The translations under genes and the position numbers were made by a program. A stretch of DNA of 64,000 nt from Octopus sinensis (lineage: Eukaryota): contig NC_043016.1 of NCBI RefSeq assembly GCF_006345805.1, positions 18,972,001 through 19,036,000 of the forward strand, read 5' to 3'. Within the stretch, counting starts at the first letter, position 1. Each line of letters opens with the position of its first letter. Below are positions 11,851 to 23,760 of the stretch, in pieces. Under the pieces are notes generated by a model. That model ran no database searches. It was not told the origin of the DNA and worked only from the letters and a program-made list of their open reading frames with translations.

Positions 11851-12329
11851 AATGCACAGCTATCAAGATGTGGCTATCTTTATATCTATAAACACATTCA
11901 GACATATAGACATCCAACCACGCATATACACACATACGCACATACACACACAAATAAGTATATGTATTCTGTTATTATTATGTGCATTTATATGGATCTT
12001 CCAGCAATTGTGGAATATATTTATTTAGTAGAGATATTTATGAGAGAAAAATTTTGTTTTTATATTTGTATATTATATTATTTTGTTATTAATTTGTATT
12101 TTCCATTTGATTCTTATTTTAAGAATTTTCTGAAGAGGCATTGTCAAATGTATAAATATGAATTATAAATTTAGGTTACTACATCATTTTCCATATTGCT
12201 TACCTGCAAGCTTTTTTTCACTCATATTTTCTTATTGGTATTATTTTTACGCCCTTTCTTATCTTTTTCTCTCTATTCTTTATTTTCTTGCTTTTTATAG
12301 CAATTTGTTTATCATGAATATTATTGTCA

Positions 12330-12399
<70 letters not shown>

Positions 12400-13361
12400 C
12401 ATATATATGTTTGTATATGTGTGTGTGTTTGTGTGTGTGTCAGTGTGCGTGTCTGTGTGTCTGTGTTTATTTGTATTTATTTATATATTTTTGTACAACA
12501 AAATTACAAATCTTCCTTTTAAGTAATCACTAATTCATGAAATAACAACAGAACTTCGCGATTTGTAAATTTCCAACAAAAGAATAAGAAAGAAAGAGAC
12601 AAAATATGAAAGGAAAACTAAAGAGAAAATTTTAAAACACAAAAATATATAACAAGACGAAATCTTTGATGGTTTTTCAGGTAATTTAGACAAGCTGAAC
12701 GCGTTGTAATTATTTCATATTTTATTCATTTTTCTTTGATACGTCTACAATGGAATATTGCCCGAGAAAAAACATCAGGAGAATCACTGATTTTTCCCGC
12801 GAAAAATTATATATGGAAAACTGGATTAATAAAAACAGTTAGAAAGTATAAACGGATGCAAGAAGTTTAGCGATTCTTCTCTACATAATTTATATCGCAA
12901 AAGCTGACAGAGAAAACTTATAATATATAATATATATTAGATCAGGAAAACTGTAACAGATTCTTGTGAACGCAAGATCAATGCAAAGTACACATATTAA
13001 ATATTGTTGAAATATAGAAAGAAAGTAGTATGTGCAGATGCATGTATATATGTATGTGTGTATATATAGATGAAGATACTGGATATGTGAATGTATATAT
13101 ATATATATATATATATACATACACACTTACACACATACATTCATACACAAACACAATATATGCATACATTTAAAAATAAATATGTACACATACATTTAAT
13201 AGCAGACAGGTAAAGAGACTGATAGATAGATATTGCGATATTGTTGACTTAATAAAAAGATAATTAGTGGATATTTATAGGCATATATATGTGTATGTAT
13301 ATAGCACTTATGCTACACTTATTACATATATGTACAATCCAGCACTGTCTGTCTATCTATT

Positions 13362-13426
<65 letters not shown>

Positions 13427-13463
13427 GAGCGTCTGTATGTGTATAGGTGTATATATATACATG

Positions 13464-13546
<83 letters not shown>

Positions 13547-13773
13547 GTATATGTATATACGCTTTGACCGCTTTCAATAATTAGCTTTGTTGACGACCAG
13601 GGTCGTTAAATTGATTGTGTCATGAAACTTCCGGCACATAAATATATATTGACGTTGTATTTTCAGTTCCGAGTGCTCCCTGTTTACTTTTTCTGCAGTG
13701 AAGTCTTTGTATCCATATACATACATACATACATACATACAAATATGTACATATATATATATATATAGATATA

Positions 13774-13829
<56 letters not shown>

Positions 13830-13833
13830 ATAT

Positions 13834-14326
13834 AAAGTTGCTTAGACGATAAGTTAACCTCGTAAAGGGATGGTTGCGTCCAAAGGAGTACTGATTGTAT
13901 ACCTAGTAAATTGGTTAAGGAAATTTCTTTAAATTATATGTATGTATTAAGAATAAGGTTCATGTTCAGTTAAATGAAAGAGAGAAAATGGAGAGTTAAG
14001 ATAATAATAATTATTTATTATTAAAAATTGGTAATCTTTACTTCTTACAGCCGTTTCTATTAGTGCTCAACATATTTTAACTTTGCATTTATATGTTATG
14101 AGCATAACTTCGTCAGAGAAAGATATACATTAAGACATTATATGTGGACCCTTCCGTTCACGAAAGCAGACTCATGTCATATAAATGTAAATTTAAAACA
14201 TAAATTTGTACTATACCGATTGAGCACTAATGGAAGCTGCGGTAAGAAGTAAAGATTACCAATTTGTTAATAATTATTACTAACATAACTCTCCATTTTG
14301 TTTCCTTCATTTTGAACATGAGCTTT
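13834..14326. mobile_element. Fold-back unit (inverted arms ~13954-14110 and ~14170-14326; left arm extended) between TA-rich tracts
   Basis: AAAATGGAGAGTT..ATTGGTAATCTTTACTTCTTAC..TTAGTGCTCAA on the left matches the reverse complement of 14220-14326. Contains an HHR core. Confidence 0.7.
14041..14121 (-). ncRNA. Hammerhead ribozyme motif (CUGACGA core)
   Basis: Minus strand: stem I UUUCU/AGAAG; CUGACGA; stem II UGCUCA/UGAGCA with an imperfect base; GAAAC-GGCU-GUA. Confidence 0.55.
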
Positions 14327-14378
14327 ATATACATATATATGTATATATTTGTATAGATATACGTACATATGCATAGAT

Positions 14379-14438
<60 letters not shown>

Positions 14439-14473
14439 ATATATATAATGATCATCTCCAGTTAAATATACTA

Positions 14474-14519
<46 letters not shown>

Positions 14520-15068
14520 GAGTGAGAGAGCAGTGCATGCCATCAAAGTGACACTGGGGTAAAATATACGAAGCCCAGCATACCCATCATGACTACCCGT
14601 CTGATAAGGGTACACCAGGCACATGCATCACAACCATATGTGCGCGACATGGTGATTTCATATCAATATAAACAGCACATGACCTTGCAGGTGGGGCCCA
14701 GTTAGAATTTTCTTCCGATCGATTAGCCTATCTCACTCAAAAGTTCCCTGAATAAGGGTTATTTAAGGATGCTGAACGAAACATCCATATTTCCAAAGAA
14801 GAATTATCAAAACCCCAAAGAATCCCTCTCAACACATGGCTATGATGCTCCCCCACTACTTCTGTTCGCGATCAGAGATGCACATATCGTCAACCACTAA
14901 GGGACATGCTCAACCGATTAAGGTCAAACAACTGACAAGCAAATCTGCGGTATTGAGCAGAATATTTGCTGTATTTTCTACCAAGACAAAACAATTTGCA
15001 TGATAATACTTCCAATCAGTTAAGAACAGAAGCCATGAGAGCCACTGCTTGGTACTGTATCAGGGCAT
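14520..15068 (-). mobile_element. ~550-bp non-coding retroposon family in (TAA)n (SINE/SIDE-like), copy 1
   Basis: Highly similar to 34745-35246 and 52680-53380. All share the same left end (GAGTGAGA..) and have variable right ends, implying 5' truncation on the minus strand. Flanked by (TTA)n. No tRNA head seen. Confidence 0.8.
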
Positions 15069-15141
15069 TTATTACTGTTATTGTTGTTGTTATTGTTGTC
15101 GTCGTTGTCGTTGTTGATGTTGTTGTTGTAGTTGTTGCTAT

Positions 15142-15172
<31 letters not shown>

Positions 15173-15174
15173 TT

Positions 15175-18100
15175 CACATATGCTCAACAGATTACACTGT
15201 TGGAAAAGAAAAAGAATCCTAACATCGGGCTACAGCAAGTAGCCATTGATTACAAGAACCTTCCTATTGGAGGGTTCTTGATGTCATCTTAGATGCTAAG
15301 AACCCTCTGAAGTATCCTAGCTATTTCTAATAACACTGTTTTCTGGAATTATACTAAACTGAATTTTATGCCTATTTCCTCTCCATCTGTTCAGATCTTT
15401 AGGGATAGTTCCCAATGCACCTATAACTACTGGGATACATTTTTACCCGCACTTTTCACAGCCTCTGTTATTCAATATCTAGGTCCTGGTACTTTGCTAG
15501 TTTTCTATACCTCTTGTATTAACTTATTCATTTGGGACCGTAAAGTTAGTTATCTGGCACTTTCGATTCTCTTCATCTACTACTACTAAATCTGGCCTTC
15601 TAGCTATTATTACTCTGTCAATCTGAATACTAAAGTCCCACATCTTGTATTTTCTTACTTTCTAGTATTTTACTAGGTTCATGTTCACACAATTTATTAG
15701 TCTACTCAGATCTTAGCTCTCAGTGGATTACTCTCTCTAGGTCTTTTCTTGTATTCTCTCTGTGCCAGAATGCTACGTTCACTTACTATATGAGTAATGC
15801 TTTCTTCTTTTGATTTGCATAACCTACATTTGGAATCTACTTGGTTTTTGTCTATCATGGCTTTTATACAATTAGTCTTTAATGCTTGATCTTATGCAGC
15901 TACTAACAAACTTTCTGTCTCCCTTTTCAGCTTGCCTTTCTACGACCATATTCATGTCTCACTACTACTACTATTTGCGGCAACTATCTTTGTGAACCTA
16001 CCATGCAACGCCTTTTCCTGACAGTCAGATAACTTTTGTTCTTTTATCTGATTTTTAACTACGTTTGCGGTTTTGGTTTCCCCATCTCTTACTGTGACTC
16101 CAATAGCTTTCTTCAGGTAAGTAGGTATAATCTTGCTACTCCTGCCCTTGGGTGGAGTCCTCCATTCATATTGAATTCCTTTCTAATTCTTCTGCCTGGC
16201 TTTGCTAATTCAGCTTTTGTCCAATCTACAAAAGCTACTGAATATTTAAGTAATGATACTGTCCAAGTATTTACAGCCTTCACTAGATTCAAACTATTTA
16301 ACTTCCACACCCCTTCTCATGTACACCTTCTCAATTTTCGTTTTCATTTCTATAGTTAGTACTCTATCAGATTCTGATACTTCTAGATACTTATAACTCT
16401 CTCCTCCCTTGAATGATTTTAATGTGGATGCCTTCATTTTTGACTACCTCTCCCCTTCTCATGACTAATATAGCGCACTTATCTATGCTGAATTTCACAC
16501 CTGTATTTTGCTGAATAGTCTTATAGTCTGTATTAAAGAATGTATCTGGTTTCACTCTTACTAAAAAGCTTCAGATTATCCATGCAGAGCAAAAGATTTA
16601 TTTTTCCATTATTATTCCTGAACTGATACCCTGCATTTTCCCCGCCTTAATACTAAACTGAAGGGGATAAAACATAAGACAAATATTAAAGGAGATAACG
16701 AATCCCCCTGGAAAATTCCTCTTTTGATATTAACTTTCCCCAAGCGTGGGTCAACTGAGTAGAGATCTACTTTCCATTTCTTCATGCTACAGCTAATTAA
16801 TTCTCTTATGTTGTATATTATACTGAATATACTTAAACATGCGCTTATCCATGAGTGTGGGATCTTGTCATAGACTTTCCTATAATCTATTAATGTTATT
16901 GTTAGATTTTTCTTTCGAGCTTTTACTTCATATAGAACTACTTTCTCTATAAATAATAGATCATCCGTTCTTCTAGGCTTCTTCCTGCAACCTTTCTGTT
17001 CTTTTGGTAGTAAATCCTTGTTGTCAACGTGCTCCTAAATGAGCTTTGAAAGCATTCCTATTATCAGCTTCCACACTAATGGTAAGCAAGTGACTGTTCT
17101 ATAGTTGGTAGATGTATTACCCTTGCTCTTATCTTTCATAATGAATATTGTCCTTCCTCTAGTCATCCAATTTATTATTATTCCTCCATTAAGAAGACAA
17201 TCCTGAAGTTGTTCTCTCTGCTTCCCATGTAAATGACTAAATTTCTTAAGCTAGTACCTTTGAACTAAATCTGGTCCTGGGCCCTTCCAATTCGGCATTT
17301 TTCCTAACGCCTTACTCATTAATGCATTAGATAAACTTAGATTTGGCTGCTATCCACAATCTGCTTCTTCACTCACATTCTTTAATCACATTGCCCCTCC
17401 ATTATGATTTACTAGCTTATCCCAAATATTACTCCAGGACTTTCTAGCTTCTTCTGCATTAAGTTTCTCATCTTCAATACTTCGTTGTCCACCATTATCT
17501 GGTTATAAAATCTCCTCTGATCTGTCTCAAATAATCTATTCTGTTGATACTGATCTATTCTTTTCTGATATCTGAAGAGCTTGCCTGCTACTGTCATGAT
17601 ACACTGTTTCAACTCTTCCAGATTTACTGTCCCAAATCCTATTTCTTTGACTAAGTATCTTTCCTTGAGATAAGATTTGCATCTTGTGTTTTCTAAATTG
17701 TTTATTTTCCAGGCTTCTATTCTACTGATATCTTGTCTTAATCTTCACTTTATTTTGTAGTCTCCTTTTCCACATTTACTCTTTTTCAATCTTTCCCTGT
17801 AAGATATCTAATCTTCTAGAAACTACTACTCCTGCATATATCAATAAGTTAGTGTCTCCTATATTTTTAGTATCTATCCTATTGATAACATAATCTACTT
17901 TCCTACTCTTTTCTATCAGCTTCCTTTTGTTGGTCCCTTTTAATGCTGACAATCTTTTCCTTACTTCTTTATTCATTACGTCTCCTGCACTCATCTAAAA
18001 TATTCTGATCTTCCTCACTTAAATCACTTAAGTCATTGGTGCCAGTTGTCGCTTCCTTATTGGTAGCACTATAATTATTTTTTCTTTTAGATACTTCTTT

Positions 18101-18600
18101 GTTTGAGCTATATCTCTTATGGTGTTGTTTGTCTTTTCCATGCCTGGTCTTTCTTTTCCAGTTCTCTTGTGATCTCTTCTACTTCCACTTCTGTCATCTA
18201 CTTTCTACTCCTAATTGCATTAGCGTGATCAACTAATCTCTACCCAAAGTGCTAACATCCGTTTTCTATAGCCCCTTCATTTAGGTTCACATTCTAAGTA
18301 GGACTACATCACTATCCTGTTTTCGTCGCTGGTCCACTTCCTCCTCATTGCTCTATTATCTGCTGATGCTGTATTAGGATAACAGCTGTGGTCAGTCTGT
18401 ATCTTTACTGAACCACTGCCAAGCGAGGGGATTCCCCTTAAAGGTTCAGCTTTATTTTTGCTGTTACTCTCAAGTTGGTTCGGAAAATCCTGTTTCTCAT
18501 AAACTGAGGTAAGATAACGTTCGTCACAATCGTCATCACCACTTTTATTTTTCGACATCTCGAAATTTCAAGCTACTTTGTATTGCCCCATTTGTTACAC
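15175..18600 (-). mobile_element. Dong/R4-like RLE LINE, degenerate, near full length
   Basis: N-terminal RRKWTSDENRIVM; RT RGIFQGDSLSPLIFVLCL and LCMDNLKLF; CCHC knuckle CRLCKSKEESITHIVS; RLE RRPDLVVVD..KYQDL..IPVVIGALGTIP. Confidence 0.88.
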
Positions 18601-18919
18601 CTCTTTGCTGGTGAGGTGGTGTGTGCTACATTTTTTGGTGGGGGGATGGAGATATTGCAGTACATCAGTACGTTTTGTTATGGGGTTTGGTTTGAGTCTT
18701 CTGTTGTATTATTTTTATATTGTGTGTCGTTTGTGCAGCGCAGATTGTGTTCTGTTGGGTATCTACCTTCTATGGCACATGTGAGTTTTATTCATTTTGT
18801 TGGGTGTTTGCAGTATGAGCTTTTTATTGTATGTTTTTGGAGAGGTGTGGCGTAGTAGTGTTTGTGTGTAACTCATAAGTCAACTCTTTCTGTGTAATAT
18901 ATATATATATATATATTAT

Positions 18920-19725
18920 GGGCTAATGCAGTTTCACACCTCTCCTTCAAATATGTATTTTTTTTTTAAATTCCGGATTCCTATCTTTTAGATGCCGGAG
19001 ATTACGAATATGCAAAAGAATTTTTTTTTATTTCATCCACTCACACCTCCGCCCCAATTAAAATTTTTTCTTTTGTTTACTTTAAAGAGATTGTAGCGAA
19101 TTGACGAACATATGCAAATTGAAATTAAATACAGACAAAAACATTAAAGTGAAAAGAATTTGTGTTTTACTTGTCTTTGCCTTAAATAATCGTAAATAAT
19201 TTAATGTAAATTAAATATACAACATTTTATGACAAACAAACATTGATGCTTAATAATTAATGTCATAAAGTTTAATAGGGGGCTCAAATTTCACCCTCTC
19301 CCCCAATTTTAAATTTTGAACGTTTTCATCCATTTATGTATTTATCTGTTTATCTATTTATCCCTGTCCGTATATTCTTAAAATATATTTGTCAACTAAA
19401 TGCAGCGGTTCTATAAAAGACGGTGTTACTGTTGTTTTTAGCCCCCAGGAAGCCATTTATATTTATCTCTTCATACACATATCTATATGTTTATTGAATT
19501 TAGAGGTTTGGAGCCATGGGTTTTTGCATATTCGGAATCTCCGTCATCTAAACATAGGAACAAAAATATTTGGAAAAAGTTCAAATTCTTAAATAGGGGA
19601 AGTGTGGTTTGGAGGGGCTATTACATTTTTGTGCATATTTGTAATCTCCGACATCTAAAACGTAGAAATCCGAAAAAAGTATTTTTAAATGCATTTTTCA
19701 AGAAGTGCGAAACTGCATTAGCCCC
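18920..19725. mobile_element. MITE / non-autonomous DNA transposon (~806 bp, ~100-bp imperfect TIRs) in (TA)n
   Basis: GGGCTAATGCAGTTTC..GATGCCGGAGATTACGAATATGCA at the left is the reverse complement of TGCATATTTGTAATCTCCGACATC..GAAACTGCATTAGCCCC at the right. No coding content; superfamily unresolved. Confidence 0.8.
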
Positions 19726-19800
19726 ATATAAATAATATATATATATATAATATATATATATATATCTATATATATATATATATATAATATATATAATATA

Positions 19801-19833
<33 letters not shown>

Positions 19834-19984
19834 CATACATACATACATATATATATATATTATATATATATAATATATATATATATATATACAATATATA
19901 TACATATACATATATGTATATAATATATATATATATTATATTATATATATATATATACATATATATATATGTATGTATATAATT

Positions 19985-20370
19985 TAGAGAAAAAACATCT
20001 ATTAGACAATTCAATAATGAAAGATGTTAGTCACACCATATAGACAAAATATACTATAAAAAACTTTTTCTAAAAGTCAATAAAGTACAATAAATAGTGA
20101 ATAGTAGTAAAAAGACTACGCGCGTTTCATGGCTATATTTTCAAATAGATAATAATAATAAAATCAATTTCATTTAAAATTAAATCGATCTAAAATTAAT
20201 TCTGTTTAAAAATATAGTCACTCATCAGGTCTAAAATAATAAATAATAATAAAATAATAATAGAATAAATGTACTTATCTTAGCTTATACTGATTATCAA
20301 ATAAGTATATAAAAAAATACGTGTATTAACTATAAATAATCGAAAAGCATTTAACAATATTTTTTTAAAT
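19985..20370 (-). mobile_element. Solo 3'-end (pseudo-LTR) remnant of the PLE family at 49000-52330
   Basis: Similar to 49050-49260, including the HHR and the upstream AT-rich part; abuts (TA)n. Confidence 0.65.
20113..20232 (-). ncRNA. Type-I hammerhead ribozyme motif with long stem II
   Basis: Stem I AGAC/GUCU; CUGAUGA; stem II GUGACUAUAUUUU/AAAAUAUAGCCAU; GAAAC-GCGC-GUA; palindrome ACGCGCGU. Confidence 0.75.
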
Positions 20371-20389
20371 AAAAATGTAACTTGTCTTA

Positions 20390-20715
20390 TCGAAGGATTT
20401 TCGTTCGACGTTTGGTGCGAATTGCTGGCTTCAGTTTATTGATCAGCAAAGCACTGTATCATGCATTGTTGATCATACCGTCCTTTCCCAGAGAAATCGG
20501 ATCACTGCTCTTTGTTCTTCTTTGGTGCACATTAAAAGTTGAGCAGCTATGCTTACATTGAAATGCCAGAGAGAAAAATGGCGTGATTAGGCTCAAACTT
20601 CGATAAGGTGACCACAATAGTACCAACTATAAGCATGCACAGAAGGCAGTGTGTCGATAATAAAGACATGTTATGGGGAAAGTGGGGAGGATCATTTTTG
20701 ACATCCCATAGTGTA
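20390..20715 (-). mobile_element. Internally deleted mariner fragment
   Basis: Minus strand CTKEEQRAVIRFLW (mariner N-terminus) joined to LLINKLKPAIRTKRR (mariner core). Confidence 0.6.
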
Positions 20716-20841
20716 TGTGTTTAAGTGTGTGTGTATGTGTGCATGTGTGTGTGTGTATGTGCGTGCGTGAGTGTGTTGTGATGTGTATGTGCGTGCTGAG
20801 TGTGTGTGTGTGGTATGTGTGTGTTTATGTGCGTGTGTGTT

Positions 20842-20888
<47 letters not shown>

Positions 20889-21359
20889 TTTGAATGATGA
20901 CCGCCGTTGTTGTCATCTGTGGTTGTTGTCGGCCTCAGAATAAGAAATAGGGTTTGGTGAGAAATTGAAGAGAAGGAGAAAACTTCCCTCGATGGGAGAG
21001 AATCACTGACAGAGAGGCTTTTTTTTATATATACCTATTTTATGATGCGAGTAGATATAATTCATTCTAATTTTTATGTTTTCGTTGTCCTAGTAACTGC
21101 AAGAAGATACAGATAAATTTATTTCGCCCAAATTTGGGGCTTGTCAGTGTACCACAACTTGGGATAAAACCTACATGATCGTATATACATATATATACAT
21201 GCGAGCACACCCAAACACCACACACACACACCAGCTAAAAGACACACAACCCAGCTAAAACAACAGTAACATTGTTCTTTCGGGACTACCACATGATGTT
21301 GGCAAATAGCTTTACTTTACACACATATTTATACATATATAGATATGAATATATGTATG

Positions 21360-21392
<33 letters not shown>

Positions 21393-21407
21393 TATATATG
21401 TATATGT

Positions 21408-21900
21408 ATATGAATAAAAAATGGAGTTAACGCAGGTTTAAACAAGTATTTTTACTTTCTACATATGTTTCGAAAATTCCACTGATACTATTCAAAAGAA
21501 TAAAAGGTATAAACAATGCAATCTTCTCTTCGGGAAAGTGAAAAAACGAAACTCGTCAATACGACATTTAAAAAAAAAAATTTTATTTGCTAAAATGTCG
21601 TATTGACGAGTTTCGTTTTTTCACTTTCCCGAGAGAGGATTGCATTGTTTATACCTTTTATTCTTTTGAATAGTATCAGTGGAATTTTCGAAACATATGT
21701 AGAAAGTAAATAATTGTTTAAACCTGCGTTAACTCCATTTTTTATTCATATTATTCAAAATATTCAACGTAAACACGAAGTTTCAACCTTATAAACAAGG
21801 AGTTACAACATCTTTACTTGTGAGATTTTGCTGCCCTGGTAACTATTTATTTATTTATCCGTGTTAATTGTTAACAAGGTAAAATACACTCATCTATTTA
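21408..21900. mobile_element. Near-perfect fold-back unit (162-bp arms 21408-21570 and 21591-21751; right arm extended to TA tract)
   Basis: The arms are reverse complements with very few differences; (TA)n lies on both sides; each arm holds an HHR-like fold. Confidence 0.8.
21454..21539 (-). ncRNA. Hammerhead ribozyme motif with U4C core (CCGAAGA)
   Basis: Stem I ACUUUC/GAAAGU; CCGAAGA; stem II GAAGAUUGCAUUG/CAGUGGAAUUUUC; GAAAC-AUAU-GUA; palindrome ACAUAUGU. The mirror copy at 21623-21707 (+) has a 1-nt core deletion. Confidence 0.65.
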
Positions 21901-21916
21901 TATATATATATAATAT

Positions 21917-21961
<45 letters not shown>

Positions 21962-22221
21962 CATATCAAAAGGAAATGGAATTTAATTGAAATTAAAACA
22001 TTCAATCAAAATTTACATTTCCAGTGGTCTAATGTGCAAAGAAATTAGTCAGAAGACTATATATTAGTCATACGATATATTGTATATTTAAACACATAAG
22101 GAATCCACTTATAGGGAATTTAGCACGCTAGAAAGAACAGCTAGGTTCAGTAAACCACAAAAATAACGGATAAAATTCGACAGGAATAAATTTGGAAATG
22201 AAAAACATTTACCATCTAGTT

Positions 22222-22297
22222 CCCTGGACCAATTGGTTTCTGATCATCTTTTAGCGAGTCAATCAGAACTCACAAGGTCTGATTTTCTTCAGCAAGG
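22222..22297 (-). ncRNA. Hammerhead ribozyme motif
   Basis: Stem I CCUUG/CAGGG; CUGAAGA; base of stem II decayed; GAAAC-CAAUUG-GUC; 10-nt palindrome ACCAAUUGGU. Confidence 0.55.
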
Positions 22298-22428
22298 TCC
22301 AACCTAGGGCTAAACATATCCAACACGAGACAAACAAGGGTACTTGTCTCGTGTTTATACGAATTAACTTTTCAAATTTTACGGATTAGGGTTCATTTTG
22401 TAAACTAGCTAAAAAAGATGTTAGGCAT

Positions 22429-22800
22429 AGGCATGGTTGTATGGTTAAGAATCTCGCTTCGCAACCACATGATCTCAGCATCTTGGGAATTCTCCTCTAC
22501 TTTAGGTCCGGACTGACCAATGATTTGTGAACAATCAGGTAGACAGAATTTGTATGGAAGCTCATTGTATATATGCATATATAAATGCATGTGTGTGAGT
22601 GTCTGTGTCTATGCATACCTACTGTTTGCCAATCAGTGTTGGGTTGTTTATAGCCCTCTAGTATAGCGGTTCGGCAAAAAGAAACTGATAGAATAAGTAC
22701 CAGACTTAGCAAAAGAATAAGAGGTCTATTTGTTCAAATAGAATCCTTCGAGGCGGTGCCCCAGCAAGGTCATAATCCAATGACTGACACAAGTATAAGG
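22429..22800 (+). mobile_element. tRNA-derived SINE with internal TG tract (family C), diverged
   Basis: Similar to 48465-48848, 56106-56313 and 63682-63993 (GCGGTTCGGCAAAA..GATAGAATAAGTAC..AATGACTGA). Confidence 0.75.
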
Positions 22801-23022
22801 TGAAATCTATGTTCTTGTAATTCCAGATGTTCTTGTATATATCTGCTTTGATACCAATTCGTATATAAACAGAATATTTTTTCATACATTTCTTTCTATT
22901 TTGCTGATAATGTGTTATGCTTCCGTATATTTTTATGAATGTTTGACTCCGAGAAATAAGTTAAAATGCAGAAAAAATATATGTAGTTAATGTTGTTATA
23001 TTAATACATATGCCTAATTTAA

Positions 23023-23133
<111 letters not shown>

Positions 23134-23549
23134 ATTCTTTTATTTGCAACTACTTACTTTATTTTGTTTTAGCTGTACTTATAATACTCTATATCTGACT
23201 TTGTCGATTTTTATTCCGCTCTTTGCTAAATATTGAGCACAAAACCATTTTACATATCATTGTGAGTTTGAGTGTGTTTTAAGACGCGTTTATTCGTGCA
23301 TTTAATTATTTATTTGCGTTTATTTGCGTGCATTTAATTATTTATGACTTAAACAGTATACATGAATAAAAGAAAATTACTCGCGCCTTTAAATTTAGCG
23401 AGTTTAAACACAAAATTTTAAATTAGAATACTACACTTGTTGACAGTATTAATAAAACTTAAAACTGAAGGTCACTTAATTTAGAACATTTTAGTGAAAA
23501 GGTAATTTAGCTATATTATTCTTTATTATGCTTCATCTCAACGAGACTA

Positions 23550-23760
23550 TTATTGATTTCAAATTTGGCACAAGGCCAATAATTTCGGGAGATGGGTTAT
23601 GTCGATTACATTGGCCCCAGTGTTCAACTGGTACTTATTTTATCAACTCAGAAAGGATGAAAGTCAAAATCAACTTCGGTGGAATTTGAACGTAATGGCG
23701 TACGAAATGCTGCTAAATATTTCACTCAGCGTGCTAACGATTCTGCCATCTCGCCGCCTT
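23550..23760 (-). mobile_element. tRNA-derived SINE (family B: AAGGCGGCGAG..GCAGAATCGTTAGC)
   Basis: Similar to 27171-27285, 40858-40965, 53446-53657 and 56485-56698. Confidence 0.8.

Noticed and set aside
15225-15245. 12-nt complementarity (GGGCTACAGCAA) between the 550-bp family and this LINE 3' UTR
   Set aside because: Short, not collinear with neighbouring matches and plausible by chance.
23463-23512. CTGAAGG-TCACT..AGTGA-AAAGGTA, HHR-like
   Set aside because: A9, G12 and helix III are missing.
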